In this document: positions 24,562 through 39,347 of the stretch, in pieces
Layout of the letters: each line of letters starts with the position of its first letter
Numbering within the stretch: the stretch's first letter is position 1
DNA from: Utricularia gibba
Taxonomy: Eukaryota > Plantae > Magnoliophyta
Length of the DNA stretch: 64,000 nucleotides
Direction: 5' to 3'
NCBI GenBank assembly: GCA_002189035.1
Contig: NEEC01000004.1
Location: 868,001 to 932,000 of the forward strand
Program-made: the position numbers and the translations under genes
The notes under the pieces: generated by a model
Told to the model about the DNA's origin: nothing
Seen by the model: only the letters and a program-made list of their open reading frames with translations
Databases searched by the model: none

Positions 24562-26672
24562 CTAACCTTTGGTCCTCACTATGGTGATGCTGCCTTCTCT
24601 GCCTTCCGTCCAGATCTTCGTCTTCCCGACGACGGGCTTCCCGGAAAATGCAGATGTGGGATAGCAAAGCGACGGGTCATCTTGCTCCGTGGTTTTCTTT
24701 GGTTTGGGACTGTGCAGCCTTTGGTTTATGTCATTCAGAGTCATGTCTCCATGTGCGCCACAAGGCTTGATGAAGGTAAACGGACAGATGATCGACGAGA
24801 CGAGCTTCGGAGGCGTCCGAAGGCAAGACTTTTTTCCTGAAACAACAATGAGGATTCATCGCATCATGGTTCAACACCAGAAGCAAAATTGGCGTATAGA
24901 GAGTGCTGAGGAGGAAGGAGATGAGGAGGACCTTTGAGTATGAAACTTCCATGAGGATGTACTGGAAGCTTTTCGACTACATTTGTTTCATATTCAGCAG
25001 GGCTGGTGTAGAGATCTGAAAATACATTGAAATGAGCTAATATGAATCATGCATGATGCGAATGCATCTTGAAGCCAAAGGGCGTTTTTCAAACCTACCA
25101 GAGATATCAATTTCAACGTCAGATACTCCTGCAGTCCTGTTTTCAGATTAAGAAGCTGATCAGGTGATTATTTTGACAAGGGAACGAATGGTACTAGCAA
25201 ACTTACATATCTTCAGGACCACATTGCATCTCATTATCATTGAAGCAGTCAGCAATCCACCCTTCACATGATGCATCTAGAAGCTCATCATTACAAGTAA
25301 TGGTGTCTTCTGCAAAATAAAAAGGATTGTATATAGTGTGGCTGTAATAAGTATGAGACTCATGCTCATTAGAGTGCAAAATGGAAAGATTTCAACCTGT
25401 GAAACCCTCAACCCACTGCGAAATTTCAGACGTATCATCATCGAAAGAGTCAGGTCTCTCCTGCAAAGCATGAGCACACGCCTTTATTGGCTAACTGGAA
25501 TTCGCATGTGCCACAAGACCAACAACAGGATATGACTTCTAATATCGTGAGAGAGCATTTCATTTCTCTCAAGTGGTATGACTAATGGTGATTAAAGAAC
25601 TAGATGCCAAGTGTAGAGCAGGGAATGACCTTAGATCTCAAATACATGTCATCATTGCATAAGGTTGAATCCATAAAATCCGATTCAAAGTGTAGCACCC
25701 GACGCCTTTTAGCTTGGGAGTAAGGCTCCCCGTATTCGTGGAACTCTTTTCCTCTGATTTCTGAAGTAAGCAAATGTCAGTAAAGATAGATCATAAAGTA
25801 CACACATCTGCATATCAAGCATCCAAGACATTTTATTGTCTTTCAAATGCAAATAAAAATCATGTGACTTCTAGTCAACTCATGCATCAATCTTAAAAAC
25901 CATTTCAGAGCAAAATTTGTTATCACTATCAAGACATATTCCTGCTGAATAAAGTTTACAAATCAGAAAGAAAGCAAAACGCACCATTGCTGGACAAATG
26001 ATGTGATAGATCCCCACAAGCCTTGAGTGGGGTTGTTGTACTATCAAACATACAATTCATATTGTCTCTCCCTTGCCTCAATTCAGTCCTTAAGCTTTTT
26101 GATGCTTCTGCTGATTGTATCACAAACAAAAGATCAGGATAATTATAGATCTATGCAAGTGAAAAAGGATTCTAATCAGAATGAATACTGACCAGTGCCA
26201 GTTATTCTATCAAGAAGACAATCTGACCGCTCACAGACCCATCCTTCACCTTCACTGATTCAAGAAAACACAATGCCGTTATTTTACATGTTATTGCAAT
26301 AGAATTCTTGCACTGAAAGACAAAAGCTGAAATCTCAGAAAGCACAAATCAAGTTCTTTCAAAGGAAAATAGAAAATTCAAGCCCTTCGAATTGATAGAC
26401 GAGGATCAGAACGACCTCACAAGGTTACTACGAAAAGCTGCTTATTACAGAAACATCGAATGTCAATGATAAAAAACAGAGCCCAAAACCTGAGGCTTTA
26501 TGGAAATCAAGACCGGCAAAAAATTTTCATATCTTCATAAACCAAAAACTAGTATCCAACCAAATGCAGTACAAAAAAAACGATACTCCTATTGGAAAAC
26601 CACAACACAATGATCAAACACACAAGCAAACAACCCATATTCAACATCCCACCCACAACCGTCGTAGCTCAT
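24562..26672 (-). CDS. XRI1: XRI1-like protein (X-ray induced 1 family), about 9 exons
   Basis: Spliced translation includes MFDSTTTPLKACGDL, KRRRVLHF, WIADCFND, PFTFIKPCGAHGDMTLNDINQR and TSAFSGKPVVGKTKIWTEGREGSITIVRTKG*. The start exon (MSYDGC) is less certain. Confidence 0.88.
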
Positions 26673-29505
26673 GTTTTCAAAGTCCCTACTCCTCACAAAC
26701 TGATCCACCTCCACTATCGCAAAGAACCAAGCTTTTAACAAAAAAACAAACGGGGACACTTCAATCTGCACAATCAAGCCTCAGAAATCGCGCATACATA
26801 TGGTTGTTCTTCAACTCGTGTGCTATTAAACAACAAACAGAAGGATCTCCGAGTACTTGTACACCCACGAGAATGAATCGAAGTAAATGAAAGCCTGTAT
26901 TTCTCAACGAGAAAGCGGAAACAATTAAAGACGAGCTCTAAAAATCTGGAGGTAGTGCCGGTAGTGGGCACCCTTACTGGGCTCCTAACCCCCCCAAGTG
27001 CCCTACTGCGGTTTCTTCTTCTCAGACCCGACCCGAATCCCATCTAGACTGTCCAAACAGATAATTATTTTATAATAAAAATAAATTAAAAGAACTTATA
27101 GACGATAAGGTAACCCAGCTGGACATTATTAAACCCTATTTTTTTATTTGGTAAGGTGAGAAGTATAGTAACAGAACGTTGTATTTTTTTATTTAACGAG
27201 AAAGAAATAAATTCAAACCCTTTTTAAATATTAAAAAAAGTAATAAATATTTATTTCTCGGAATGAGGTGTCAGCTCACCCCCGGGGGTATATTTACAAT
27301 AATGCACCGTTGCATTTAATTAGTTGGACGTATGTATAATGTATTAAACCCAATAATCAAATTTCCAATAAATACCCATCTACTACCGTTGAGCATTCAA
27401 TAATGCTGTTTTTTTTTTCATATTTTCATTTTTAAATTTAAAAATTTTGAAAAGTAATTTCATGATTAAAATTTTCAGTAATTTGAAATGAGAAAATAGG
27501 TGTTCTGGAAGCTTCTCCAACACCATAATTAAGAGGAGGGTGGCGGGTAGGAAGGTTGGTCGTTACTATGATGTGGTAACCACTAACTAACTAGACCACG
27601 CCCTTCGCTTGTGAATTTTTGATTGAATATATTTTGAAATTACTTTTTTTAACAGTTTTGAATGCATGTGAAAAAAGAAAAGTGAAAGTGATTGTGAAAG
27701 AGGTAAAAGTAAAAGGGGGTAAAAGATAAAGAAAAATACACAATGATTAAAATCATATTTTTTTCAACAGGCGATCCGATTATCCCATTTTTATTAAAAA
27801 AATATATATCCAATGTCTCTCCCCCACATCTAATTATTTCAAATTGAGTTTGATTGTAAGATTTGCGTAAGTATGTTTACTTATTAAAAATCCAATTAAT
27901 TTTATCTATCACAATCAATTACGTAATTTATATTTAAAAATAATGATTAATTTTATCAAAATTTAAAACTTAGAGATTTTTTATTTATTTGTTCTATCCC
28001 CATACATAATAAGTTTTTTAGAGGGTCATTTGCAAATGAGGTAATTTTCTTATTTTCTCTCATATATTAAGATAAAACTTTTTAATTGAGAATGACTATT
28101 TTTCTTACACTCTATTTCTAGATCACTTAATCAATGCACACACATCTCACGAGATAGAAATAAAGAATATGTTTGTTTCTAAAAAAACATTTTATTATTA
28201 AATACTAAGATTTCTATTTCCAAAATAATATAAAATTAAAATTATTTTTTAATTTCAAGAATTTAAATTCTCTTTAACCAAAAATATATTCTCGAAAATG
28301 AATTTAAAAAAGTATAATGAAATCAACTCAAATTTTGCTTGCGTATAAAGCCCTAGAATTCTTACCATCATTCTTTTTGTAAGATGTGTGTTTTCAACAA
28401 CTATACGCAAGGAATAAAGCTGCCTTATCCTCTACACTTCGTAACAACTCGACAGAGTTCAAAGATTTGAATGCAAAAGTCAAAAGATTACTTTTGTCGT
28501 AAATAAGACAAATTAATCATGGATTTGGTCAACTTTTTGTCAAAATATCAGAAATGTGATATTTTTTAGATTTTTTTATTAAAATTTTAGTAATATTATA
28601 TAAAATATATTCGAACTTTACCAACGGATAATAAAAATAAGAAACAAATAATAATTGCGCCACCCGACGGTTGCAATAATTGGGAATGGAGTTATACACC
28701 GTAACGACGTCGTTGTGGGAGAGGGAAGAAGCCACTGACAGCTATTTAGATATATATATTTTTTTACAAGTTATTTATTCAGATAGTAATTTTTTATTTC
28801 AAATGGAAGTGGACATAAATGGGATTAAACATGAGGAGTTAGTATGAAATTGATTACATTTAAATTGTAATCAAGGGGATTAATTCCAGACCAAAGGGAA
28901 AGAAATATCTAGGAACGAGGGAAAGAAGCTTTGACTCACCTAAAAAGAAGAGAGAAAAAACCTGAACTGATGAGTAAGAAGGCGAGAAATGGGAAATTCT
29001 GTTCTGTGATTTTGTACATTGGTAGAGTGGAGTGAATTGAATTGGAATCGGTGTAAATGGGTTTCTGTGAATGGGGCAGACAATTTAGGCAGGGGAGTGA
29101 GTGACTGTACAGTGATTCCTCCTCCCAACTGTTCATTGATCATTGCCGCTTTTCTTTTTCCCTCCTAAACCCAGTTGGCACTTGTAACGTACTCGTCGTG
29201 TAATACCTTTCGTTGTTTTTTTTGTACAGTCGTCTTTCCCTCTCAAACCCATTTGTAACGTTGCCTTTGATTTCCATTTTGGGTTGAAACGGCACATGCA
29301 AAACGTCTCTGTGGTATTTTGGTTGTGGGTTTATGTTGTTTTGCTGCTAGTGGGGTCTCCTTTTGTTTGGAGTAGAGAACGAGGAGGAAAAGATGAAAAT
29401 GTGGATTCTTTAACTTATGTGCACTCTTCTTCGCTGCTTTGTTTCCCGCTTCTTCTTGAACCCTCAGTTTGGGCTTGGGGAGGAGGAGGGAATTGTTCCG
29501 AGACA

Positions 29506-32500
29506 ATGTGCGGTGAAGAAGAGGTGATGGATACTCTAGACAGGAGCAACAACGATCAGATCGCGGCGTCTATTGCCAGATATGAGGTATCATGCGTATA
29601 CAGTATTCATCTCCGTGTGCCCATTTCTTTCATCTCGATGTGGGTTTTTTTTTTTCCTGTTTCAACTGTTTGATTGGTGGGTTTTCAGAGGATGCTCTCC
29701 TGATTAGAAATTGCTTCACTTCATTTGGATTTTGGTTACCGAGTCTGCTTAACTAAGCTCTTTATCCTACAGGAATATTTGTTTAGTTATGACGTGATGT
29801 ATGCAATCTGAATCTATTTCTGGTTCTTTTGGTCGCAGAGACACTAATTGATGTGTCTCTTTGGATCTCAAGTTTATCCCGTTGCCATGCCTCATTTAAA
29901 GGATCTAAGTTTTATCATGCTTCCAGTCATTTGAGATATCTGATGAAGTTACCAGTAGTTCGTCTTCTTGTTTGGGATTTTAAGTGAAATTTCCGGGTTC
30001 ATTATATGTTGGGTAGCTTCTACCTGTGATCTGGGGATGACAAGTTTGCCTATGCATTGTGCAGGATTCAGCTGTCTTTAACTTTATTTATGATCTTTCA
30101 CCTATCAAGCCGGTGAAATGCAGTCACCTTTCTCATACGATGATTCCGCTCAACTTTTCATCGATTCCTTCCGTTTTCACTTCACCACATGTTACTTCTG
30201 AAAGGGACTTCAAAATCCTTCATAGGTAGTTTTCCCACTCGTATAAAGAAAGGAAAGTTTTATTTTTGGTTGCATCAACTTCCACCAATATTGACTTGAA
30301 GTGTTTCTCTGTTGTAGGCATCAGTTCCATGATCCATCAAAGCCAGAATTTGCTTCAGAAAATGGGGTCACAATTCAAGGAAGTCAGATAAAAACTGAAA
30401 GTTCTAAGCAACTAGATGCAAAAGAAGACAGCATCATGTCCATTGTATCTGATTTGGAGTTGCCCGGTGAGACATCTGTTGGCTGCTCGCATTTTGCGGT
30501 CGATGTTTCGGAGGGTCTGGTTTACAGTGGCGGTAGTCCTAACTCCAGCTCTATTCATGAAGCTAAAAACATGGTGAATTATGGATGTGATTCCTTGGTG
30601 CTACCTTCTTCCTCACTAGAGGTTCCATATGGGAATGAAGCAGATACGAGGAGGAAAAACCATGGCTATCAAAACACACACATCATGTCCTATGAATGGC
30701 AGAGACTCACTGATGCCTCGTTTTTTGGCTCAACAAATGACCGAAAGTCCAACATTGAACAAATCTATCCAGGGCTGAGTGAACTGCCCGGGGAGGCAAA
30801 TGAACAACATCATTTGTCTTCTCAGTCTGGACCTGTTGAAGGAACACACACTGCTGAGGCTCATGAAACGGAAACTGATACATCCGGAAATCATATTTGT
30901 GAACAAATGGATTTTGATGTAAGGATTTTCTACGCTCTTCACAAATTACATTCCCATACTCATGTGGTTAAGGCCTTCTGACAGGTGATTTACTTATGGT
31001 TTTGTAGAATCTATCTGGTTTATACCGGGGCATGAGACGACGCTGTCTGGTGTTTGAGAAGGGAGGTACACTTAGGAACCATATGCAACCAACTTTTGGC
31101 TCTGATTCTTCCATTATGTTACAGTCTGAAACCGCTGCATTCTCCAGTGATCAGAATCAAGTTCAAATGAATCCAGGAAATAATCCATCCTGCAGTGCAG
31201 TACCAGGAATTGGGTTGCATCTAAATGCTCTTGCAACGACTCCTGGTGTTACCCATGATTTGCCAACTCCGGGTAGACTACTCATGGGGCCAACACAAGA
31301 GTAGATTTCCATCTTTCACCAAGCACTGAAGTGCTGCTTAGTAACATCCTGTCAGTCAGCTTACAAGAGGGAAAGGAGAACACAGTAGTGCGGGCAGAGG
31401 ATACCTGCCAGCCTTCTGGACATACGGAGATTGAAGACATGAATCAGAGTAGTCCAAAGAAGAAGAAGACGTGATCGATTTTCCAAAGAAGAAGAGGTAT
31501 GTGTATTTTTGATGTGCTTATGTGTATTTTTGATGTGCTTCTACGTGATCGAGCTATCAGTGTTGATTTTTCTAATGCATTTCTGGGATTAAGACGTAGA
31601 GCAGAAGCATCTGGGAATGTTGAAGGCTGCAGGCGGTGTAACTGCAAGAAATCGAAATGCCTCAAGCTGTAAGGGCCTTGACTTCTTCTGCGATTAGCTG
31701 ATGATGATGCATATGATGAAACCTTTTGTTATTATACTCAGTTACTGTGAATGCTTTGCGGCTGGTGTGTACTGTGTGGATCTATGCGCCTGCATAGATT
31801 GCTTCAACAAGCCTGTCCATGAAGACACAGTCCTTGCAACCCGAAAGCAGATAGAATCAAGAAATCCTCTTGCTTTTGCTCCTAAAGTGATTCGGGGATC
31901 GAATCCACCATCGGAAACAGGGGTAAGAAGCTCCCCTTTTGAGGCTTCTCCCTTTCTTTTTCCAGTTTCTCATGATTCTCTGCACATTCTCACAGGATGA
32001 CACATGCAAGACACCGGCCTCTGCTAGACACAAGCGTGGATGCAACTGTAAAAAATCCGGTTGCCTGAAGAAATACTGTGAATGCTATCAGGTTCCTTTC
32101 TCCTCCGACTCCCTCCTTTTCAGCTCGAAAGCTGATGAACCACTTTGGCTTTCTTGAAGGGCGGTGTTGGTTGCTCCATCAACTGTAGATGCGAAGGTTG
32201 TAAGAACGCATTCGGCAGAAAGGATAGTGAGTTTTACCTCTTGTTTTGCATGGAGCCCGGAACCCCTCAGTAATGAATCTCCCCTATCTCAGGCATCGAA
32301 GCTGATGAAGAGGATGAAATGGACAGAGTCGATATCCCGAGCATGCCGATCCCTGCAACACCTCTACTTGCCGGAAGGCAAGCATACAGAAAGAGCTATG
32401 AAGCACCACTACCCTTATTTATCAGCAACTGATTCAGAGTTGTTTCCTCTTATCAGGAAATTTTTCCAGCAGAAGTTTCCCACTAAGAACATGTCTCGGA

Positions 32501-32784
32501 GAGGAGCATCATCATTTCCATCTGCAGGCCGCATGCTCGGTAAACAGAGCATGCACCCACAGCCACCATCCAAGTCCGATCACCATTTGGAGACGGTCAT
32601 AGAAGACGATGAAACGCCTCCGTTTCTTCAGGAGACGTCGTCGTCTCCTAGCTGCATCGTGAAGTCGTCCTCTCCCAATGGGAAGAGGGTGTCTTCACCT
32701 CATGTGGTTACAGGCCTGAAGAGCAACAGAAAGTTGATACTTCAGTCCATACCGTCATTCCCTTCACTCAATCACAACCAGTGA
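29506..32784 (+). CDS. Tesmin/TSO1-like CXC (CRC) domain protein (DREAM complex LIN54 homolog); two lesions upstream of the CXC domains
   Basis: [109 protein letters not shown]. There is a frameshift at about 31286-31304 and a duplication with in-frame TGA at 31472. The start could be ATG 29527. Confidence 0.88.
31453..31552. repeat. Cluster of short local duplications at a TCX exon/intron junction
   Basis: TCCAAAGAAGAAGA at 31453 and 31482; exact 21-bp tandem TATGTGTATTTTTGATGTGCT at 31498 and 31519; ACGTGATCGA at 31469 and 31543. Confidence 0.9.
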
Positions 32785-33391
32785 AGCCACTCGGTTTCCT
32801 GATAGAAGCTATTCTTTGCTGCGGGGATGACGCCCTGCTGATGTCTGGTCACTGTAGACATGTAAGATATGATCGAGTATGGCAAAAGAATAATACATAC
32901 TCGATCGATTTATATACCATCATCACGTGTGTTCCTGAACAAATGATTCAGGAAACCTCATTTTTTTTCCTTCCTGCAATTCATTCTTTCATATTTGTCT
33001 TGTTAGCAGTTTTGATGCTCAAAACAAAAGAGGTTTGGATTTTCTGCTTAATTTTCTTTCCAATGTGGAAGGCACTTTCAAATAAATCTATAACCATCAA
33101 TAACAGTAAAGCACAGAAACCTTGATTAACTGAAGCTTAACTTTTTTTAACTTTGCTATCAAACCTGGCACCCACATATAACGCGTGCGTACCGGGTGCG
33201 CCATTTGAACAGTTAAGTAAATTCAACGAATCTCTCAAATGAAGACCTATAAGGTGCATCCTTAACATGAGATCATTAATCAGCGAAGGAACCTCGTGAG
33301 AAAGTCATTTTGATCCAAGAACAATGCGGGCATCTCAAAAATGTACTTCTGGGTGGCAATGATAAAAAGGAGAAATTAACTTGTTCCAAGT

Positions 33392-34853
<1,462 letters not shown>

Positions 34854-34915
34854 CGCGGCGGAGCAACAGGCAAGCCACAAACCAGGAAGCACCAACAGAA
34901 AGGACCTTCAACTGG

Positions 34916-34960
34916 AACCCTAATTATTTTCATACAGATATATATACTGGGCCGAGCCCA
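34916..34960 (-). promoter_or_regulatory. Ribosomal-protein-type promoter: telo-box-like motif plus two site II motifs
   Basis: AACCCTAA at 34916-34923, TATA-like at about 34938-34946, TGGGCC at 34948-34953 and AGCCCA at 34955-34960, just upstream of RPS3A. Confidence 0.65.
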
Positions 34961-35593
34961 TTCCTTAGGACTGCGGACTAACTCCTCCAGATTTATTTAA
35001 TACCACGCTTTAATTTATTTGGAAATAAATTTGTATAAACTTAATTTACAAAAAAAACGAAACAAATGATAAAATTTAAAATGTTTGATAGAAAATGTTA
35101 TTTGAAGAATTATTTCTAGTATTTTTATAATTAAATTTATATAAAAAATTATCAAAATATAAATATTAATTATAATATTTTAAAATGGAAGGAAGGATTG
35201 TGAAAAAGCTTTTTTTGAATATTAAAGTTAATTTATTTAAGTATTTTTTAGATATTTTTTTCGTATTAGGGACATATTTGTCATTTCCTCATAGTCAAAC
35301 ACTGAAGATTCTTGTCACTTTCTCACAAGGTTTCCACCCATAAAGCACATGGCACAAGTCTTTTTGAGAGCACACCCCAAGGGGAAAAACAAAACAATCA
35401 TGGGTAATGTATAAATCACCAGAAGATGCATCAAACAATGCAGTGCATGGATTCTCGGAGTGCTTCGAAAAGAGCAAACAAATTCTTTCCCTGGGATGCT
35501 GTATACATTGCTTCTGATTTCAGAACCTAGCTCCCTGCATCTGCAACCCAAGATCACAAGTTAAATACTATGCAGAAAGTGAGTTTTCTTGCA

Positions 35594-36979
35594 TTATCTG
35601 TAACTTGCCTCATATCCACACACGGATCTGTATGTGCTGGTTGACCCACTGTCACTCTCGAGCAAAACGAATTGCTTATCAAGCTTGACTGTGCTAGGGA
35701 ACTGATAGTTTTGCACAGCTGAGCTGACTTGGGATGATGATCTTTGCATTCTAACAGCTCTAGGGACATTTCTCCCTTCGAGACGCCTGCTGGATTGCCT
35801 TTCCAAGGCATCCGCTGGCCTGCTCTTGGGCGCACTGTGGGATCGAACTTTAGCTCTTGATGACTCTGTGTTGGCCATATAGTTGGGGTAGAAGGGGAAC
35901 TCATCATACACAAATTCTCCATACTCTGATCTTGCATAAGAAAATGCTGCTCTGCTGGGATCGGGCTTGGACATGGCTGAGTAGCACTGTGGGCTGCTCT
36001 GTGCCGTCCCGAGTGAGTATTCTTCGAAGTGGTTGCTACATGTTCTAGGACTCAAATCTGCTACAGCTGACGGCACAGAGGGGATCTGCTGGTTCTTCTC
36101 TTGCTTGATTGATGCTCTATGTGCAGATATTCTGTGCTGCATTGCTTCGCTGTGCTGTGTATGGTTTGAATAGCTGTTTCTGGCTTTCGTTGCAGGTTTG
36201 TACCCGCTTCCCAGATCCATCTCCACGATCTTGATGTTCTCCTCAATCCCCTTGTCGTGATCCTGCAGCCATTTCAAAGCAGTGTTGTTAGTTGGTGTAG
36301 ACCTTCATCGACATTGAAACTCACGGGCGTTCTCACTGGATTGAATCGAATATCCTGAGTCGATTTTCTCGGATTGTAGTCGAATGATTTCGCTTCAGCT
36401 GCCAATCGGAGACGATGAGCTCGCGCTCGAGCTTGAACTGTGATCAAAGCCTGCATACATCTCAATGTTGCAGTCGCCTGTTTTCTCACTAAGTGACCTC
36501 TAACCAATGCTTGCAGCTTCACTAAGCCTCTCAATGCATTCAATGCTTTCCTCGCCTACGAAACAGCACAAAATCCTTCATTTTTTGTTTCTGGGTTGCA
36601 TTGGATTGAATTGGTAAAAAACGACACGAAATACCAGATATCCCCTGAAAACAGACTGGATCTTGATTGCAGCAGCCTCCTCCGCTCTCCCGGAGGCAGC
36701 CGCGGTGAGCTGAATCACCACCGCAGCGGCCTTGGCAGCTGCGACCGCGGCGTCGGCAGCAGCCGCTGTGGCGACAGCGAGGGCATGCTTCTTCGCAAGA
36801 GTGGGATCCCTCTCCGGTCTGGGTGACGGACGGCGGAAGCTCCAGCGCCGCTTCTCCTTGGGCCGGTAGTCACCGCCCCTGCCGGGCGAAGCAGCAGCAG
36901 AAGCAGAAGCAGCACATTCTTTCCCAGCGTCCCTTTTCCCGGTAAACAAGTTCCTTATCCAGCGCCCCGTCTTGCCCAT
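35594..36979 (-). CDS. IQD: IQ67-domain (IQD) calmodulin-binding protein with DUF4005, 3 exons
   Basis: [12 protein letters not shown]...[24 protein letters not shown]|[57 protein letters not shown]. Confidence 0.94.
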
Positions 36980-37899
36980 AATCTCTCGTACAGTGATGCG
37001 AGAGCAACAAGTGTACTCGACGCAGAGGGAGAAGAAGAGAGACGACGATGAAGTCGAAGAGTGAAGAGACAGAGTCTCTGGCCACCGCCTATGAGGAGTT
37101 CCTTTCAAGGTGACTACACCCACCCATTAATAAACGGTTCGCACTTTTTCACCCACGCATCCATTCTTAGAATATTTACGACCAAGACCTTATGTTTCGG
37201 ACACAAAAATTACTAATATTAACAACCAATCAAAGCAGGACACGTGTAGGCAATCCCATCACTGCCCCTGTGTACCATGTAGACCATTCCCTATACCCTA
37301 TACCCATGCTATGGTACCATGGCTGGTCACCCCACCCCATACCCCCCTCCCCCACTCTCTTTATTCCTCACTAAAGTAGATTCCACTCCTATGTATGTAC
37401 ATGTGATCCCAAAATACATCAACCATGCCTTATATAACCATCCAAAAATCCAAAACTCCCATTCTATTTGGTTCTACTTTCAAAAATGTTAAAAATATAT
37501 AATACTATATCAAAAAATAAAAATAAAATAGTAAAAATATAAAAAAAATTAAGAATTACAGTTAATCGATTGTACCTAATATTTTTTAATATAATTCATA
37601 TTTTTTTATATAATTGAGTTTCATGTGTGGTTGTCTAATTTATTTGATCTTGAATTTCAACAGAAAAAAAACATATGAAAATATGGAAGTCAACATGTTG
37701 TTTTTAAAAAACTCTTTGTTTTTTAGTATAAATAATTACATAAAATCTTTGTTCTTTATATACAAATGATTATATAAATCATGTGTATTTAATAATAGTA
37801 TCATAACCTTTAAATAGCGTCTTCATATGAATATAATCCCCTTCCAAATATATGATAGGGTGCGAATAATTAGATTCTTGCATACTAAATATCAATTAC

Positions 37900-37937
<38 letters not shown>
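37900..37937. repeat. (TAT)n microsatellite, about 12 units
   Basis: Directly visible perfect trinucleotide run. Confidence 0.9.
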
Positions 37938-38355
37938 GCATAAAATTAAGAAATCGGATTGCGACCTATGACCCGACCCATACAACCAATCTATAGAAAA
38001 AAAAAAGTCAAATTTAAATTATTTGCATTTACCGTTAGTCTGTAAAATAGGGATTTTTTAATTCAACTTGATTTTATTTATTGCAGCAGACCTCACGTTC
38101 TCATTACATGAACCATCGATCAGCGTCAGATCTGCGTCATTACACGAGAGTGATGTAGAGACAAAATTGGATTAGGATGCAGATGATCGACTGTCGTGCA
38201 GACAACTCGCCTGATTGATTCACTGGGACCATTTCACTAATTAATCCACTATTTAAACAAACAAATGTGGAGACGGTCGCATGAACCGGATCATCATCTC
38301 AACCTGCGTTGAGGGGTGGGAATACACACAGAGTTATTGGATCAAACAATCTTAT

Positions 38356-38670
38356 ATTTAGATTTAAAAATAAAAATAACTATATAAAAAATTATAAATC
38401 ATTAGTAATTGATTCAATTTAATTTTTTCTAATATAATCAATGTTTTTTATGTGTTTGAATTTTACATGTATTCGTTTAATATATTTTATTAATTTCAAA
38501 AGATAGTGTGTATTTGGATTTAAAAATGAAAATAACTATATAATAGATTATAAATCATTAATAAATTGATTCAATTTAATTTTTTTTAATATAATCAATG
38601 TTTTTTATGTGTTTGAATTTTACGTATCTTCGTTCGATACATTTTATTAATTTCAAAAGAGAGTGTATAT
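38356..38670. repeat. Two imperfect tandem copies of a 156-bp AT-rich unit
   Basis: GATTTAAAAAT.AAAATAACTATATAA begins at 38361 and 38517. Downstream blocks (TGATTCAATTTAATTTTT, AATCAATGTTTTTTATGTGTTTGAATTTTAC, ATTTTATTAATTTCAAAAGA) recur at the same offset. Confidence 0.85.
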
Positions 38671-39347
38671 TATTTATTACATGTATGATTTATAATTTTT
38701 TGAAAACTTTCTAGTTTGTTGTGTTTTATTTAAACACATTATAAATTAAATTATTATACCAAACTCATTCTATTTTGTGTGTTGGTATATTGGGTTTGGT
38801 AATGAATAGTAATGGAGGAGTTGCATGGCATGGCATGTGCGAGTCTATGCTATGGGCATCCTCCACCAATGACATTTATGGTTGCTGCTCTTGTAGATGT
38901 GGCGCTGCGTTGCTCGCGATACGTGGTCTACTCCACATGGGTGGGCTTCGCATTGATGGCGAATTATTAAAAGCTTTTGTCTCGTTGTCCTTTTTTATTC
39001 TTACAGAAATGATACTATTACATGGAATGGGATTATTCGGACCAACACAGTGTAGACTAGGTGGTTGGGATCGGGCGATGCTTTCCGTTCGACGGTCTCA
39101 AACTGGGCTGGCCTCATGTGATGAAAACACCAATTGCCGCTGCGGGGTCGGTGGGCTGGCCTCATTGTTAAATGTGGGCTTCGGATGGAAGAATGTATTC
39201 GGCCCGTAAGAGCACAACAAATGACACGGAACCCATTCTGCTTCGACGCTGGCGGCATCGCCGTTCGAGATAGTCCTCGTCCAATCGTCCCTGTTCCTGG
39301 ACGTTTTGTGTGATTCAAAGACCGTTTTATTTTTCCCGTGCCTGGGC

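Noticed and set aside
26774-27043. 89-aa ATG ORF upstream of XRI1 (possible uORF or extra exon)
   Set aside because: No family similarity recognised, no convincing splice link to XRI1, and it may lie upstream of the TSS.
38140-38220. C/D box snoRNA candidate (GTGATGT ... CTGA)
   Set aside because: Imperfect C box, no terminal stem, and no guide sequence I could match to rRNA or snRNA.
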